Shown: one piece after another, positions 13,427 through 26,480 of the stretch
Layout of the letters: every line of letters begins with the position of its first letter
How positions within the stretch are numbered: position 1 is the stretch's first letter
Origin: Parasitella parasitica NRRL 2501
Lineage: Eukaryota; Fungi; Mucoromycota
Length of the DNA: 64,000 nt
Reading direction: 5' to 3'
Assembly (NCBI GenBank): GCA_025201805.1
Contig: MU619250.1
Span: 272,425-336,424 of the forward strand
Position numbers and translations under genes: made by a program
The notes under the pieces: generated by a model
Told to the model about the DNA's origin: nothing
The model's input: the letters and a program-made list of their open reading frames with translations, nothing else
Database searches by the model: none

Positions 13427-16360
13427 TCAAGAAACAACAATAGACCAGCCGCATTGTGTTACAGACACTTTGGGATCTTTGATTGTAACTGTTTGCTTCT
13501 GTTGATCGAATGCAAACTCACCATCGAAGGATTCGCCGTTTTGTGCAACTACCTTGACTCTAGACGGCTTCTTGGTTTGGCCCAAAATATGGACACGTTC
13601 AACGCGAACCTTCTCAATAGACTTTGCAAATGCCTTGGCTTCACCGCTAAAGGAATTCTCATGTAGATCTTTGCAGGTCAATTCATTATTAACAAAACTG
13701 AATTCACTGTGAGCGTATGCCCCATCTTGGAATGCGTAAGTCTCCTCATCATCCATATACAAACGGCCTTGAGCATTTCCTTGCTTGTCCTTGGCGATGA
13801 CTAATGTGAAGGGATCTAAGCGCATAGCAGGAGAACTACGGCGAATACGCTCACGACGAGGAATGATGCGGCCACCTTGGTAAAAGGCAGGGATGCTGTC
13901 TAAAGGAGCTTCGATAGCGTTCCAACCCAGCTTGGAAACTTGCTCGTGGGTTTTGGTATGATACCAAGGACCTTCACCAGGAAAGTAAACATCTGTGGCA
14001 ACTTGGCCTTCCTTTGTGATGGGTTTGACCAAGATGGAATCACCCACCATAAACTGATCATCCATAGTAAAAGCAGACTCATCGTTGGGAAATTCCATAA
14101 ATATGGGACGCATCATGGGTGTGCCGGTCTTGTAGGCTTCATAAAATAAGGTATACCAATGTGATAAAAGGGCATAACGCTCGCGTAAAGTATCGCGGGT
14201 GATGGACTTGTATGGCTCAGCTGACAAGTAAGGCTCACGGCGTTTGGTGTCGATATGAGCATGACCACGGAAGAAGGGTTGGTAAGTAGCAGCCTGGTAC
14301 CAACGAGCCAGCAGCTCGGGAGTGGGGTTTTCAAAGAAGCCAGGCACATCAGCACCAGAGAATGGGAGACCGCCCATGCTGTTGGCAAGGATCATTGGAT
14401 TAGTGTACTGGAGTGATTCCCAATTAGCAATGTTGTCACCGGTCCAAATGGGGCCAGCACGCTGTACACCAGCATAGTATCCACGAGCCAACACAAAAGG
14501 TCGCTTTTGAATCTCTGTGCGTTCACGAACACCATCAGCAGTAGCAATATGAGACAAGTAACCATACAAGTTGTGCAGTACACGGTTTTCCCATTTGCCA
14601 TCGTGGATCATTTCTTTTTGGATCGTAATTTCAGGTCCATTAAAGATGGAGGGTTCGTTCATGTCATTCCAAATATGGACATTTTCACGAGTTCCTTTAA
14701 ATTTGTCAAAGGCAAACTGCTTCTTCCACCAGTCGTAAGACTCTTTGTGAGTGAAATCAACCCAAGATGATTGACCTGGCCAGCACCACGCTTCGTAATC
14801 AGCTCCATCAGGCTTCTTGACAAACAGATCTTTGGATTTGGCTTCGTCGCAAATGTAGTAATTGTCTGCGCGCTTGATGTGAGGGTCAACAATAACCACT
14901 AGTTTGCGATTCTTGGCATCCAAAGTTTCTTCCATTCCAATTGCATTGGGAAATTTAGGCGTGTCCCACGTAAAGTACTTCTTTTCATCCGTATACTCGA
15001 TATCCAACCAAATGACGTCGTATGGCATGTCATTCTCGTCAAATTGCTTGTCTACTTCGAGCACGTCTCTCTGATTGATATAATTCCAGCGGCATTGATG
15101 GTACCCAACAGCAAACATTTGGGGCATGGCGGGGAAACCTGTCAATCTGCTGTATTGGCGAAGAATGTCCTTTGTTGAAGGGCCAAAGAACACAAATAGA
15201 TCAAGCACACCTGCTTCAGTCATCCAATGAGTGTGCGTTGAAATCTGCTCCTTTTTTGATCCTAAAACCTTTTGAGCAGATGCCTAGTCGTTGGTGNNNN
15301 NNNNNNNNNNNNNNNNNNNNNNNNNNNNNNNNNNNNNNNNNAAAGATGAGGTACACCCAAATCGTAAATAAGAAACGCACAATACCTTGGTGCCTTGAGA
15401 TTTTGATTTAACAATATCGATCCAAGTTTCAGCGGGGTTCATCCAAAAAATACCTGCGGATAGGCCTTGTCTATGAGCAATCATCAAAGGAACGGCACCA
15501 TAAAGAGCAGTGGGGCTATCCAATGCATATTCAAACACGTCGGTATTGTATAAGCGATAAGGATCTGTATAGGCATTCTCACCGCCACGAGTTTCTTTTA
15601 AAGCAAGACTGGAAGCATGCTCGGGGATGCCGTATACATTTGGAAAACCATGGAAACTGATATCCATGGCAATTGATTCAGGGCCGTTCGGCTTGGGGTC
15701 AGTCCAAGTTTTGAAGGTCTCTTCCCATAAATCCTTTTCCGATTCAGCTTCAACAGTGCTGACAGATCCATCTTCATTGCTCTTTTCAACCATCTTGGGT
15801 TTATGAGTGTCTTTGGTGCGCAAATGTTCAAAATGGAAAAACCCTCTGTCGTTCAAGCTAATGACAGGTTCATCGTCGACCAAGAATTCGACACGAACAG
15901 GCTCAGGATGAATCACAATTTTTCGCGTGTCGTCTATGCGCAAAACTACGGTGCCTTGGTCTGTCTTTTCTGAAGACACCATATCAACTAATTTGGGTTC
16001 TTGCACTAGAGTGTATTTGCCATGCTCATCGTAACGAGGCTTGATGGGCGCCTTTTCATTGATACGAACGCGTGCTGTATTGTCTTGAAGAATGTGCAAA
16101 TCCAAGGTTAGAGTGACATTGGTTTCGGTATTTCTAATGTCTGCATGAACTGTATTGTCTGATAATGAGATGGAGTCTTTGATCAAGCTATAAGGAGACG
16201 AATCCAAAGAAGCTGTGTCAGCGTAGGCTCTGTTACGGCGACAGAAACCAGACTGTGAACAGGTTTTGAAATCTTCAAACTTCATTGCATTTGCTAATGT
16301 AGTTGAGAAAACAGCCACTAAAACTAGTTTAGGTAGATAGCTGCCTAAGCTAACCTTCAT
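13427..16360 (-). CDS. ROT2: ER glucosidase II alpha subunit (GH31); spans N gap 15297-15341
   Basis: Signal peptide, FKTCSQSGFCRRNR, YDVIWLDIEY, WNDMNEPS catalytic motif, WTGDN, GADVPGFF. Confidence 0.95.
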
Positions 16361-17222
16361 ACTGTTGAAAAAATGCAAATAGTTGAGCAAAAAAAAAAGA
16401 ACAAGGAACTCAAATGTTGTAGTATGAGCGGTAATAAATAACGGTTTGTACGTCGAGAAATGTCATTGGCCGTAAACGAGCATTAATATAACAGTGCTTG
16501 CCACATTACTTGCTAATGCATTTACTCTTGCATCAATAGATCAAACAGGAGTGTGTAGAGACCTGATATGGATGGAAAAAGCTGGGATGATTGCATCGCG
16601 GATGAGGCTCTCCACCATTTTAATCTTGTTTGGGTTAATTGTGTTGTCATGTAAATCAGTGATTTTTTAACTTTTGTTAATGAACTGAGAAATGGGATTA
16701 TTTGTTTTTAGTCTATCAAGCATCATGCACGGAGGGGGAGGGGGGAGAGATTTCATAACACATGAACCAAATTTTACGCTAAAACTCAACATACTGTGAA
16801 TGCATTGAATATATTTCGCATAAATCAAATGGAATAATGCAAACGATCGCGCAAGTTTGCATGGCTCCACGTACATTTCCTATTTTCTCGAAAAGAAATG
16901 TTTTTCAATGCTACCAAACATAAATCTATTTGTGTGAGCTCATGTCGAAATATGACGTAGAGTTGCAAATATTGCGACCTGGTCATGGTTGTACTAGACA
17001 ATGCAGCACATTGGTCTCACTTGATTGACAAAGGTTCTGTATGATAAATGCCTGCAGGTATAGTATACGATTTAAGCGAATATCAAATGATATACATCGT
17101 TATGTGATGGTAACTCGTTCTTTACGTTAAACTTGTATTGGCTAAACGTCACATGAATTATACGAAAAATGCTATATAAATTTGTTCTCATCTGTTGCTT
17201 TCTTCTCTTTCCCATTCTCAAC

Positions 17223-18014
17223 ATGTCTCTGCCTGCATATGACACAGCAATAACCCCATATTCCCCTCCAGAAGAAGAAAAGAAAAACCATGTACCTATT
17301 CAGGAAATGGCCTGTAATATCCTTCAACAAGCTATTGATCTTATTCAGACACTTGAAGATGAACAATATACCCAGGCTTCCAAAGTTATGTTTGGAGGAA
17401 CCATAGGCAAGCACATTAGGCAAGGGAGCGATCAATTTTATTGAATTTGTGCATGATAATAATAATCGTAGATAGACATGTGTCTGACCATTTTAATTTA
17501 CTGTTTAAGCAATGCCAACCAACAACAGCTTCATCTGACTGGGTTGTGGATTATGATTTAAGAGCACGCAATGTACGTTTATACAAACCCACCGAAATTC
17601 ACATGATTTATATTGATCGGCATCAATTTACGTAGAATCCATCAGAGACAAATCGATCCATTGCTATTCAGAATATAGAGCAATTGAAATCAATCATAAA
17701 AGAGAATGATCACATTCTATTAGGACAGCAATTGACGTTACAGGCAACGATTGATGCGGCTGATGACAACAAGTATCGATTCTCATCTTCATTTGGAAGA
17801 GAATTATTCTATAGCTGCATACATGCCGTAAGTCAAGTTACTACTATGATTTTTATCTAAAACTGCATTATTAAGAAACAACATGCACCTGTGAATTTAG
17901 ATTCATCATTATGCTTCCATCAAAGCAATATGCATTGAACAGAATATATCAACTCCTCAAGATTTCGGAATAGCACCATCTACGTTACATGATCAAGAAT
18001 CCAACGACAAATGA
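17223..18014 (+). CDS. DinB/YfiT-like family protein, 4 exons
   Basis: Spliced GTIGKHIR|HVSDHF..VDYDLRARN..SSFGRELFYSCIHA|IHHYASIKAI..DFGIAPST; His-triad pattern of the DinB superfamily. Confidence 0.82.
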
Positions 18015-19387
18015 ATAAATGTGTAATGCAATTGTGTCCATAATAAAATTAGTCGGCTATTGATGCGCAAAAATATTATCTTGACATTTATGCAAAAAAA
18101 AAAAAAAAAAATAAGACTACAAAAACAAATATCTGAATGGAATGAAGGGTTGTTCTAGCTCTTTATGTAATATAGTGAATAGCTTGATTTTTTGATATTA
18201 TATACTTTTGATACTATTGTTGGTTATGCAATGCAATCATATCAAGTGCATTTTGCTAATAATTTGGTCTTTCACTTGTCAGTCAGTAAAAGGAGGTTTA
18301 TCTCCTAGTGACTATAAATGTACATGAATAAAATTAATATCCATAGCAGATGAAAAATGAAAACTTCATAAAAGTCAACTTTGATTTTCGTAAATTGATC
18401 TGCCATAAATTTAAGACAGGAGATCATGATAATGTACTCTAATTGAAGATTGGAGATTGTCTAGATGTGTTGTTAGACTTGTCGAAACAGGAGAATAAAG
18501 TCTCTGTTTCAAATCAAGAAGGTTATCTACTACACGGATCTGTTTAATTGACAAACATTAAGGTATGTCAGTTCAACGATAAACAGCTTCGTAGTACGAT
18601 AATACATCGTACTCTGTCAAGGATGGTGTTACTTGCAAATCGCTTTTATCGATTTTAAATAAGTCACCAAAAACTAATGTAGTTGCAAAAAGTATAAATT
18701 GTAGATGCAAAGTTGAATCTTCAATAGAGTAACCCCAAGTTTTCGTATCTCGTTAACACAACGTGTTATTTTACATTTGCGATCTTGCGGATTTCTACAG
18801 CTATCCGCATCATGGGAATTTAATGCTCTTGCAGTTCAGACCTTGGTAATTTAGCAAATAACAACGATATGTATTATAACAATGTCCAACAAAAAGAAAG
18901 GGTCGAAACTATTTGATTTCATAGCTTTCTGTTGCAATTTGTTCAAGGCCAAATCCAAATGCATTACAGAGACACTTGTAAAAAAAAAAAAAAAAAAAAA
19001 AAAACGACTCGTACTAACATTGCAGTCTTTTTCTTCCTTTATTCTTCATTAGTACCAATTTCAAAAGAAAAAACTTTAGAAAGTTCAAAAAGTCATCTGT
19101 TATATTACTCCAAACCATCGGGATGTTATACCTTCACATTGACGAGCTGTATTTAATGATGATTTTCTTAATTTGCAGCCGCGGTCAGTTGGAATGTAGC
19201 TTTTACCAAGTTTTAAAACGACCATTGTTACCTATATTCCTACATTTGAGGACCATAATATTCGTGTATTCACATCTAAACTGGATTCATTCATGAAAAT
19301 TGGTATTTAACACGACACACATAAAGCTGGTTGATCTACTTGCTTATTTGATGAACTCTTTATTTCAAATTTAAAAATTCACAAAGA

Positions 19388-20098
19388 ATGGTCAAGGTAT
19401 TTACTTCCTGGTTCCTTATTACAATAGCGCTATTATGCTTTGCAGCTGCCCCCATCATTGCAAAAAAACAGGTGCAGAAACATACACACACTACTCGTGC
19501 AGAGGTGATTGATAGCATTATGCTTACAGTAGCCAAGGAAGCAGGCAGGGTAAAAGGGGCAACTGTTACAAACGAATTAGGAGCAATTTTCAAGTTCATA
19601 GCCGGTAACCACCCCGCATCTATCAATGCTGTAAATGCTATTGTTCAAATGTCTCGAGATCCTCAAGCCAAAGTAGATGCTAGTCTGGGACAGACCATCT
19701 TTGGAAAATATCCCGAATACAAAGCTGCTGCCAATCAATTAGAAAAGCTGGTGAAATCTTCTGCTTCGAGTCAAACAGTTGCTGCATTTATACCCATTGC
19801 ATTAGCTAGACCTGAGCAAGTTAGCCTCGATGAGGCTGAAAAGTACATTAGGGAAGCAACAAAAGACAAGAATGCCAAACCAGCTGATGTTGCAAATTCC
19901 TTGTATGAACAACACCAAAAGCAGCCGCTGAATTTCGTCACCAAGACCAATTCGAAATGGGTGATTGACGCATCCATTGCTGCCATGTTGGTTGCAAGTG
20001 GCGGAGACATGATTGACACATCTACATTCAACGATCATTTAACCAAAAGTCATAATTATTATCTCAGGGACACAAATGATGTGGTCATTGTATTCTGA
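19388..20098 (+). CDS. Secreted Ala/Lys-rich protein of unknown function, single exon
   Basis: 236-aa ORF with N-terminal signal-peptide-like MVKVFTSWFLITIALLCFAAA; AATAAA just after the stop. Confidence 0.75.
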   Translation: MVKVFTSWFLITIALLCFAAAPIIAKKQVQKHTHTTRAEVIDSIMLTVAKEAGRVKGATVTNELGAIFKFIAGNHPASINAVNAIVQMSRDPQAKVDASLGQTIFGKYPEYKAAANQLEKLVKSSASSQTVAAFIPIALARPEQVSLDEAEKYIREATKDKNAKPADVANSLYEQHQKQPLNFVTKTNSKWVIDASIAAMLVASGGDMIDTSTFNDHLTKSHNYYLRDTNDVVIVF

Positions 20099-20216
20099 CG
20101 ATAACAATAATAAAACATAAATTTATTTATATAAATATATATAACCGTAAAGAAGAAAGAGAGATATTTGTTGGTATGTGTTTGAGTTGAAAAAAAAAAA
20201 AAAAAAAGAAATAAAA

Positions 20217-23200
20217 CTATTGACGAGAAGAGTTCATAAACTGAGGCATCCAAGAGGTACGCTTTTCGCGCTTGCTCTCATCCTGTGATTCAGGACTTAC
20301 GGCGCTCCCTCCGCCTCTCAGAGGTTTAGCAATTCTACCGAAATTTATACCAGACATGGCAGGCTGGTTGGACTTTTGAGTTCTGGCTTGTTCAAGTCTA
20401 TCTCTAACTGCTTGAAGCTGGGCATCAAACTTTTGATTCTGGTGTATCAGTTTCTCCTGCGCGTCTCCTAATAATGATTCTAAGCTTTGGATACGCTCAT
20501 TTCTAGCAATCAACTTTCGTTCAGCAATAGCTACTTCCTTTTTGAGAGAACTGTTTTGCTCAACAAGCTATTAAACTGGTTAATAAAATGCGTAAAGCTG
20601 ATATCGGATATTTCTGATGTCACTTGCCTGCTTTTGCACATTTGTCAGTTGCTCCAGATTACGTTCAAGGAAGGCCATCTTCTTTTGCTGTCCTTTATTG
20701 TTGCTGGCACGCAAGACATTGTTGTACTGTTCTCGAGTCTCATCAAGAGACATTTCTAATTCAACCACCTTTTCACAGCGGCCTTGAAGGTCTCTCATCA
20801 ACGCCTTCTTCATCATCTCAAAATCAGCCAATTGTTGAGCCATGGTCTTTCTCATACGTTCGAGATCTCTTTCTTTTTCAGTCATGTCTGATGGCTCTTT
20901 CACGGCTTGCTCTGAAAGAGCAGCCTAAAATGCTTGTTAGTTCATACTGTGATTGTTAAGCAAGCATGAGTAAGGCTTTTGTTTACCTGGAGTTTATCAT
21001 TAGCCGCCTTCAAATCATTCATGGCAGTTGTCAGCTTGGAGTGCTCGGATGCTTTCTTGTCTAGTTCTGATTTGAGCTCTTCAATCTCTCTTTGTTGACT
21101 TTCCTTCTTGGAAGCGTATTGATTCTCCAGTTTACCCTAGGTTATTACAAGTTAAGGATGTTGCTCAATGATTAACAGTTGGTTTATCTATTCACCTTCA
21201 ACGTGGTGATAGTTTCTGCGATATCTTCGTTCTTTTGAACTTGGGCTTCTTCCTCTGCAATTGTCTTGTCCAAAAGCTCCTCGTATTCTTGCTCTAGTGT
21301 AGCGAAACGACCTTCCAGATCAGACTTCTTCTTTTCAATGGCCCCCTTTTCTTCGGTCAACAAGTCAATTGTTTTTGTGTGCTGTTCAACCAAGATGCGA
21401 GAGTCAGACAGATCACGTCTAAGCGAGACCAACTCTTCTACTGACAAGCCATTTCCATCCAACTCCAATTTGACGAGAGCGTCTCTGATCTGACGCTCTT
21501 TTTCGTTCATTTCATTAGTAACATCGAAGCCAGACATGATCTGAGCCATTTTCTCGGCTTTCTTCTTTTCCTTGTCGCTTTGGACAACTTCCTTTTGCGC
21601 TAATCTCATCTCTACAAGGCTCTTCTTTAACTCTTCCAGCTCGGAAATCAATTCTTGGTTTGCCTCCTTGAGTGAATCGACAGTAATGGCATTCTCCTTG
21701 CTTTCATACGATATTTTTTGCAACTGCAAGCGCAGATTGTTCAGCTCGGAAGTCATTACCTGATTTTCTTGTGTGACAGACAGCTCTTGATCTTTGTAAT
21801 AGTTCATTTCTTCCTTGATGGAGTCCAGCAGCTTTTCGCGGTTGTTCAACTCGGTTTCCTTTTCTGTAATTTGATCCATCAACTCATTTTCACGGCGAAG
21901 GAACTCATCACGCTCATCCTTTTCCAAAACAAGGGCAGGAGTTGCAGGGCGCGAAAGATCATCGGGCTGTGGACTTCTGAAACCTGAAGGCAAAGATGAA
22001 GCAGTTGTGGCAGTAGCAAAATCACCCCTCGTGACTTTATCCATTGTCACCCATTTATCTTCAGGCACCGTCATGCCTGATCTCCAAACACTAACTTCAC
22101 CCTCCAACGCAGTGATGTAAGTTTTGAATGTAACTGTTTCCGTTTTCACCTTCTTCAAAAGCGCCTTTAGTTCAGCAGGACTAAGATCTGCATTGACCTT
22201 GGCCTTGTTCTTGATGGATTTGGCTCTCATACCGAAACGTAGAGTCGACAATGTCTCAGCCTCATTGTACGACGAGGGAGAGCAGTTGATAATAAGGGTT
22301 GTTCGGGAATTGCCACCTAGTGATTCTTGCAAGATACGAGTCAATTTAGAATCTCGATAAGGAACATGACTTGACTTTAGTTGTTGTTGTTGTTGTTGTT
22401 TTGAATGAAACAATTTTAGTTTCAAACTAATCAAATATTTACCACCCAAATGTTGCCTTACCTTTCCGTCAGTCAAAGAGTTGATGACCATTCCCAGTGC
22501 AGTCAGCGATTTGTTGATCTTTTTGGCTTCTTCCAAGGTCTGGCCAGAGGCGCCAGTTTTGCCTACTTTTTCAGAACCAGCTAGATCGACTAGATACAAT
22601 TTGCCGCTCTTTGCTGCTCCAGTATCGATGTTCTTTTGAGTGATTGTTATTACAACAATCGAGTGACTACGAGAACTCTCGGCGTTCATGTTGGTAGCCG
22701 AAACAACACGATTACTGCTGCCATTTCGCATCACTTCGTAAACATCCTCAGAGGATCCGACGTAAACCTCTAGCAAACCTTTGACATATACACCATGTGT
22801 TTTATCCTCGTGGATGGGCAGATTATCCATGGATGCTGGGAATCAAAGTTTGTTATACTCATGTGGATTTTTTTGGTTTCCATAAAGTTATACTTACGAT
22901 TCAGTAGATCTCTTACTTTTTCCATGTAAATTTCCATATAAGAAACCTTTACCGTGAATTCCAAGTTGCTTGGAGCAGCCATGATGCTGTCAAAGATTTG
23001 ACCAATGATACGAGGAATGATACCTCTTGTGTTTTCGTCGTCAATGTCAGCGCCCTGGTACCCATCAGCTCAAGATCGAAACAAAAGAGAAATCTTTATG
23101 CAAATACATACCATCATTGTGAATGTTTTTCCAGAACCAGTTTGGCCGTAAGCAAATACAGTGCCGTTGTAACCAGCAGTGACATCTGTAATAGGATGAG

Positions 23201-23530
23201 TAAGTAAATGGGTTGGTAAAAATTTGAATGCCGGAGAGCATTTGTTAAATATGTATTACCATCAACAATAGTTTTTATGGAATATTCAAATACATCCTTT
23301 TGAGGAGTATTCATACCAAACACTTTATCAAAGGCAAAGCTACCTTGGACATCTACGCCCTACAGCAAGTGAGTTAGGACGCAAACATATAGAACCAAAT
23401 ATACAGCACTTGCCTTCATCTGTAGTTGCGTTCCCTCGTCGTCGATTTCAATAATAGGAACACCTCCCTCCCTGATTTCAAGGGAGTTTTGAGGCCTAAA
23501 ACGACACACCACTTTGATGTTGTTTGACAT
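20217..23530 (-). CDS. Kinesin-1 heavy chain (conventional fungal kinesin)
   Basis: [49 protein letters not shown], coiled coil, tail RIAKPLRGG. Confidence 0.97.
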
Positions 23531-23749
23531 GTTTGAAAATAAATATAGAGAAATGAAAAGAAGAGAGAATTGTGCAATTTAACGGACCTGAAATTGTTAT
23601 ATGTAATTGTCTAGACAATTGGGACCTGTTTTAGTTGCAACACAAGGAACGCGCGCCCAACATTGTGTTTTGGTGGAGAATCAGATGTCCTGGCTGTGAG
23701 ACAATTCCATTTCGTTTCTCGCTTTTTTTTTTTTTATTTTGCTGACAAC

Positions 23750-24298
23750 ATGAATTCACAAAATTTGCCATCTTTATTGACTGCGCCGAACAAGACCTTA
23801 GCAGCTCCTCCGCCAACGTCGAGGCGATCATCCAGCAATAACAACAGTAGCAACAACACATCGGCCAGCAAGGGAAACGCTATCAATTCACCCTCGCCTC
23901 GCTCTCCTTCACTAGAACTTTCCGACTCTTTCTCGGTCCTTTCATCCATTTCGCCCATTGCAACTGCGACCACACACAACGTCGCATCCAAATTTGCCAT
24001 CAGTTCACATCACAGCGCAAAGTCTCCCACAGAGCAGCATGGCCCTTTCTTTTCTCCCTCTCAACTGAGTGCAGTCAAGCCCATCTGTTCAAATGCGACT
24101 ATCAAAGATTGGTCGTTTTTAGCATTAGAAAAATACCCAGCCACTCATAGTTTGTAAGTTGATTCGTTATAGTACAAAAAGCAAATGCTCAACACAATTT
24201 GCTAGACAAGAGGCGTATGACCTGGAAATAAACACATTGGGGCTGTCCATTGAACTTGGTTAGACATCTGTTAGGACTGTGCTACATGTTTTATAACT

Positions 24299-24329
<31 letters not shown>

Positions 24330-26480
24330 NNNNNNNNNNNNNNNNNNNNNNNNNNNNNNNNNNNNNNNNNNNNNNNNNNNNNNNNNNNNNNNNNNNNNNN
24401 NNNNNNNNNNNNNNNNNNNNNNNNNNNNNNNNNNNNNNNNNNNNNNNNNNNNNNNNNNNNNNNNNNNNNNNNNNNNNNNNNNNNNNNNNNNNNNNNNNNN
24501 NNNNNNNNNNNNNNNNNNNNNNNNNNNNNNNNNNNNNNNNNNNNNNNNNNNNNNNNNNNNNNNNNNNNNNNNNNNNNNNNNNNNNNNNNNNNNNNNNNNN
24601 NNNNNNNNNNNNNNNNNNNNNNNNNNNNNNNNNNNNNNNNNNNNNNNNNNNNNNNNNNNNNNNNNNNNNNNNNNNNNNNNNNNNNNNNNNNNNNNNNNNN
24701 NNNNNNNNNNNNNNNNNNNNNNNNNNNNNNNNNNNNNNNNNNNNNNNNNNNNNNNNNNNNNNNNNNNNNNNNNNNNNNNNNNNNNNNNNNNNNNNNNNNN
24801 NNNNNNNNNNNNNNNNNNNNNNNNNNNNNNNNNNNNNNNNNNNNNNNNNNNNNNNNNNNNNNNNNNNNNNNNNNNNNNNNNNNNNNNNNNNNNNNNNNNN
24901 NNNNNNNNNNNNNNNNNNNNNNNNNNNNNNNNNNNNNNNNNNNNNNNNNNNNNNNNNNNNNNNNNNNNNNNNNNNNNNNNNNNNNNNNNNNNNNNNNNNN
25001 NNNNNNNNNNNNNNNNNNNNNNNNNNNNNNNNNNNNNNNNNNNNNNNNNNNNNNNNNNNNNNNNNNNNNNNNNNNNNNNNNNNNNNNNNNNNNNNNNNNN
25101 NNNNNNNNNNNNNNNNNNNNNNNNNNNNNNNNNNNNNNNNNNNNNNNNNNNNNNNNNNNNNNNNNNNNNNNNNNCTTAATGCATTGCACTAGTTGTTTCA
25201 AGCGACATTGACGGATGTGATCGTAAAATGCACTTGATTTCGTTCAAGGAGTTATTCGAAATATTCAGCAAATCAATCCAGGTTGAAGAACGCATGTTGT
25301 TGTTTTACCTGATACTAGTCGAGAATGAATCATTCAGAGTATACGTGTTGTCTAGAACCGACCAGGAAACAATCGTAAGTTGATCCGTTAATGTACGAAA
25401 CCCGAGCAGGAGAAATTTTAAACGCCATCTAGTACTTGCCAATATTAAAATTGATATATGAATCAATGGAAGGAACCGCAAATTTCTCCCAAATCTACAT
25501 TTTGATGGTAATTCTGTTGATTCTTAGCCAAGACGACGTGAATAATGAAGCTATACAAAAAATTGTAAGTAGAATTTGTTTATCCTGCCATCCTCAGCAA
25601 CTGCACAAACTAATCTTTTACATCCAAGGTTGTACACAATGTCACTTGGTTTACAGAAAGACCCCTATTAAAATCAGTGTCGCTAGGTGGTTTGATGACG
25701 CTGGTACTCATCCGTACTTTGCAGCTAAATTTGTCTCATCAAAAGGATGTGTATCTGCATACAAACTGCTTGGCTATCCTGTCAAACATGTCCAACACAA
25801 TGTCTGATATGCACGCCTATGTTGCTCAAAGAATCATTAGGTAACAAGAAATGGCTTAATATCTTTCATATCACAGCTTGTAACATATTTTAGCTTATTT
25901 GAAATATTAGCGAGACGGTACTCCAAGCTGATTGAAAAGCACTCTGTAGATGTTGCAGTTTATGAAGACCTTTTGGTTCTCTTGCTAGAAATCATGAGTA
26001 CTACATTAACGCATCGCTTAAAACATAATTCTCAGTTAGTTTACGCACTTTTACAGAAGCGAGAGATTTTCACGCCCTTTCAAAAGCACCCTCGACTATC
26101 AGATCTTGTGCAGAACTTGGAACAAGTCATTGTCTATTTCAATACTCGTGTGTCTGAAGCCAACCTAAAAGCACCTTCCTCAAACGAAGTTTTAAGCTTG
26201 ATTGAACAAGCTTCCCGAACATGGTCAAATCAAAATTTGATAGTAAGTCTCCACCGTTGATGGAGAGGGGGGTTTTTTTTTACTGATTATATCTTAGTTG
26301 TTACCATATCTCAAGTTTCAGTACAAAGAAAAACAAGATTCATACGAGTTCTTTATACCATATATTTGGGCCTTGGTTCAACGACGAAACTTTATTTACT
26401 GGAGTGAGGAAAAAAGCCATGTACTTGAAAATTACCGCCTGATGAACGAAGAAATTGAGCTGCAGCAGCCTCCATCTTGA
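23750..26480 (+). CDS. DYM: Dymeclin-like protein, interrupted by N gap 24330-25174
   Basis: ISFKELF..LLFYLILVENESFRVYVLSRTD, IYILMVILLILSQD, DVYLHTNCLAILSNMS..MHAYVAQRII, LKHNSQLVYALL, LKFQY..FFIPYIW. Confidence 0.85.

Noticed and set aside
24260-25201. 313-aa ORF, and other ORFs containing X runs
   Set aside because: Products of N gaps (6080-6089, 15297-15341, 24330-25174, 57726-57801, 60552-60571).
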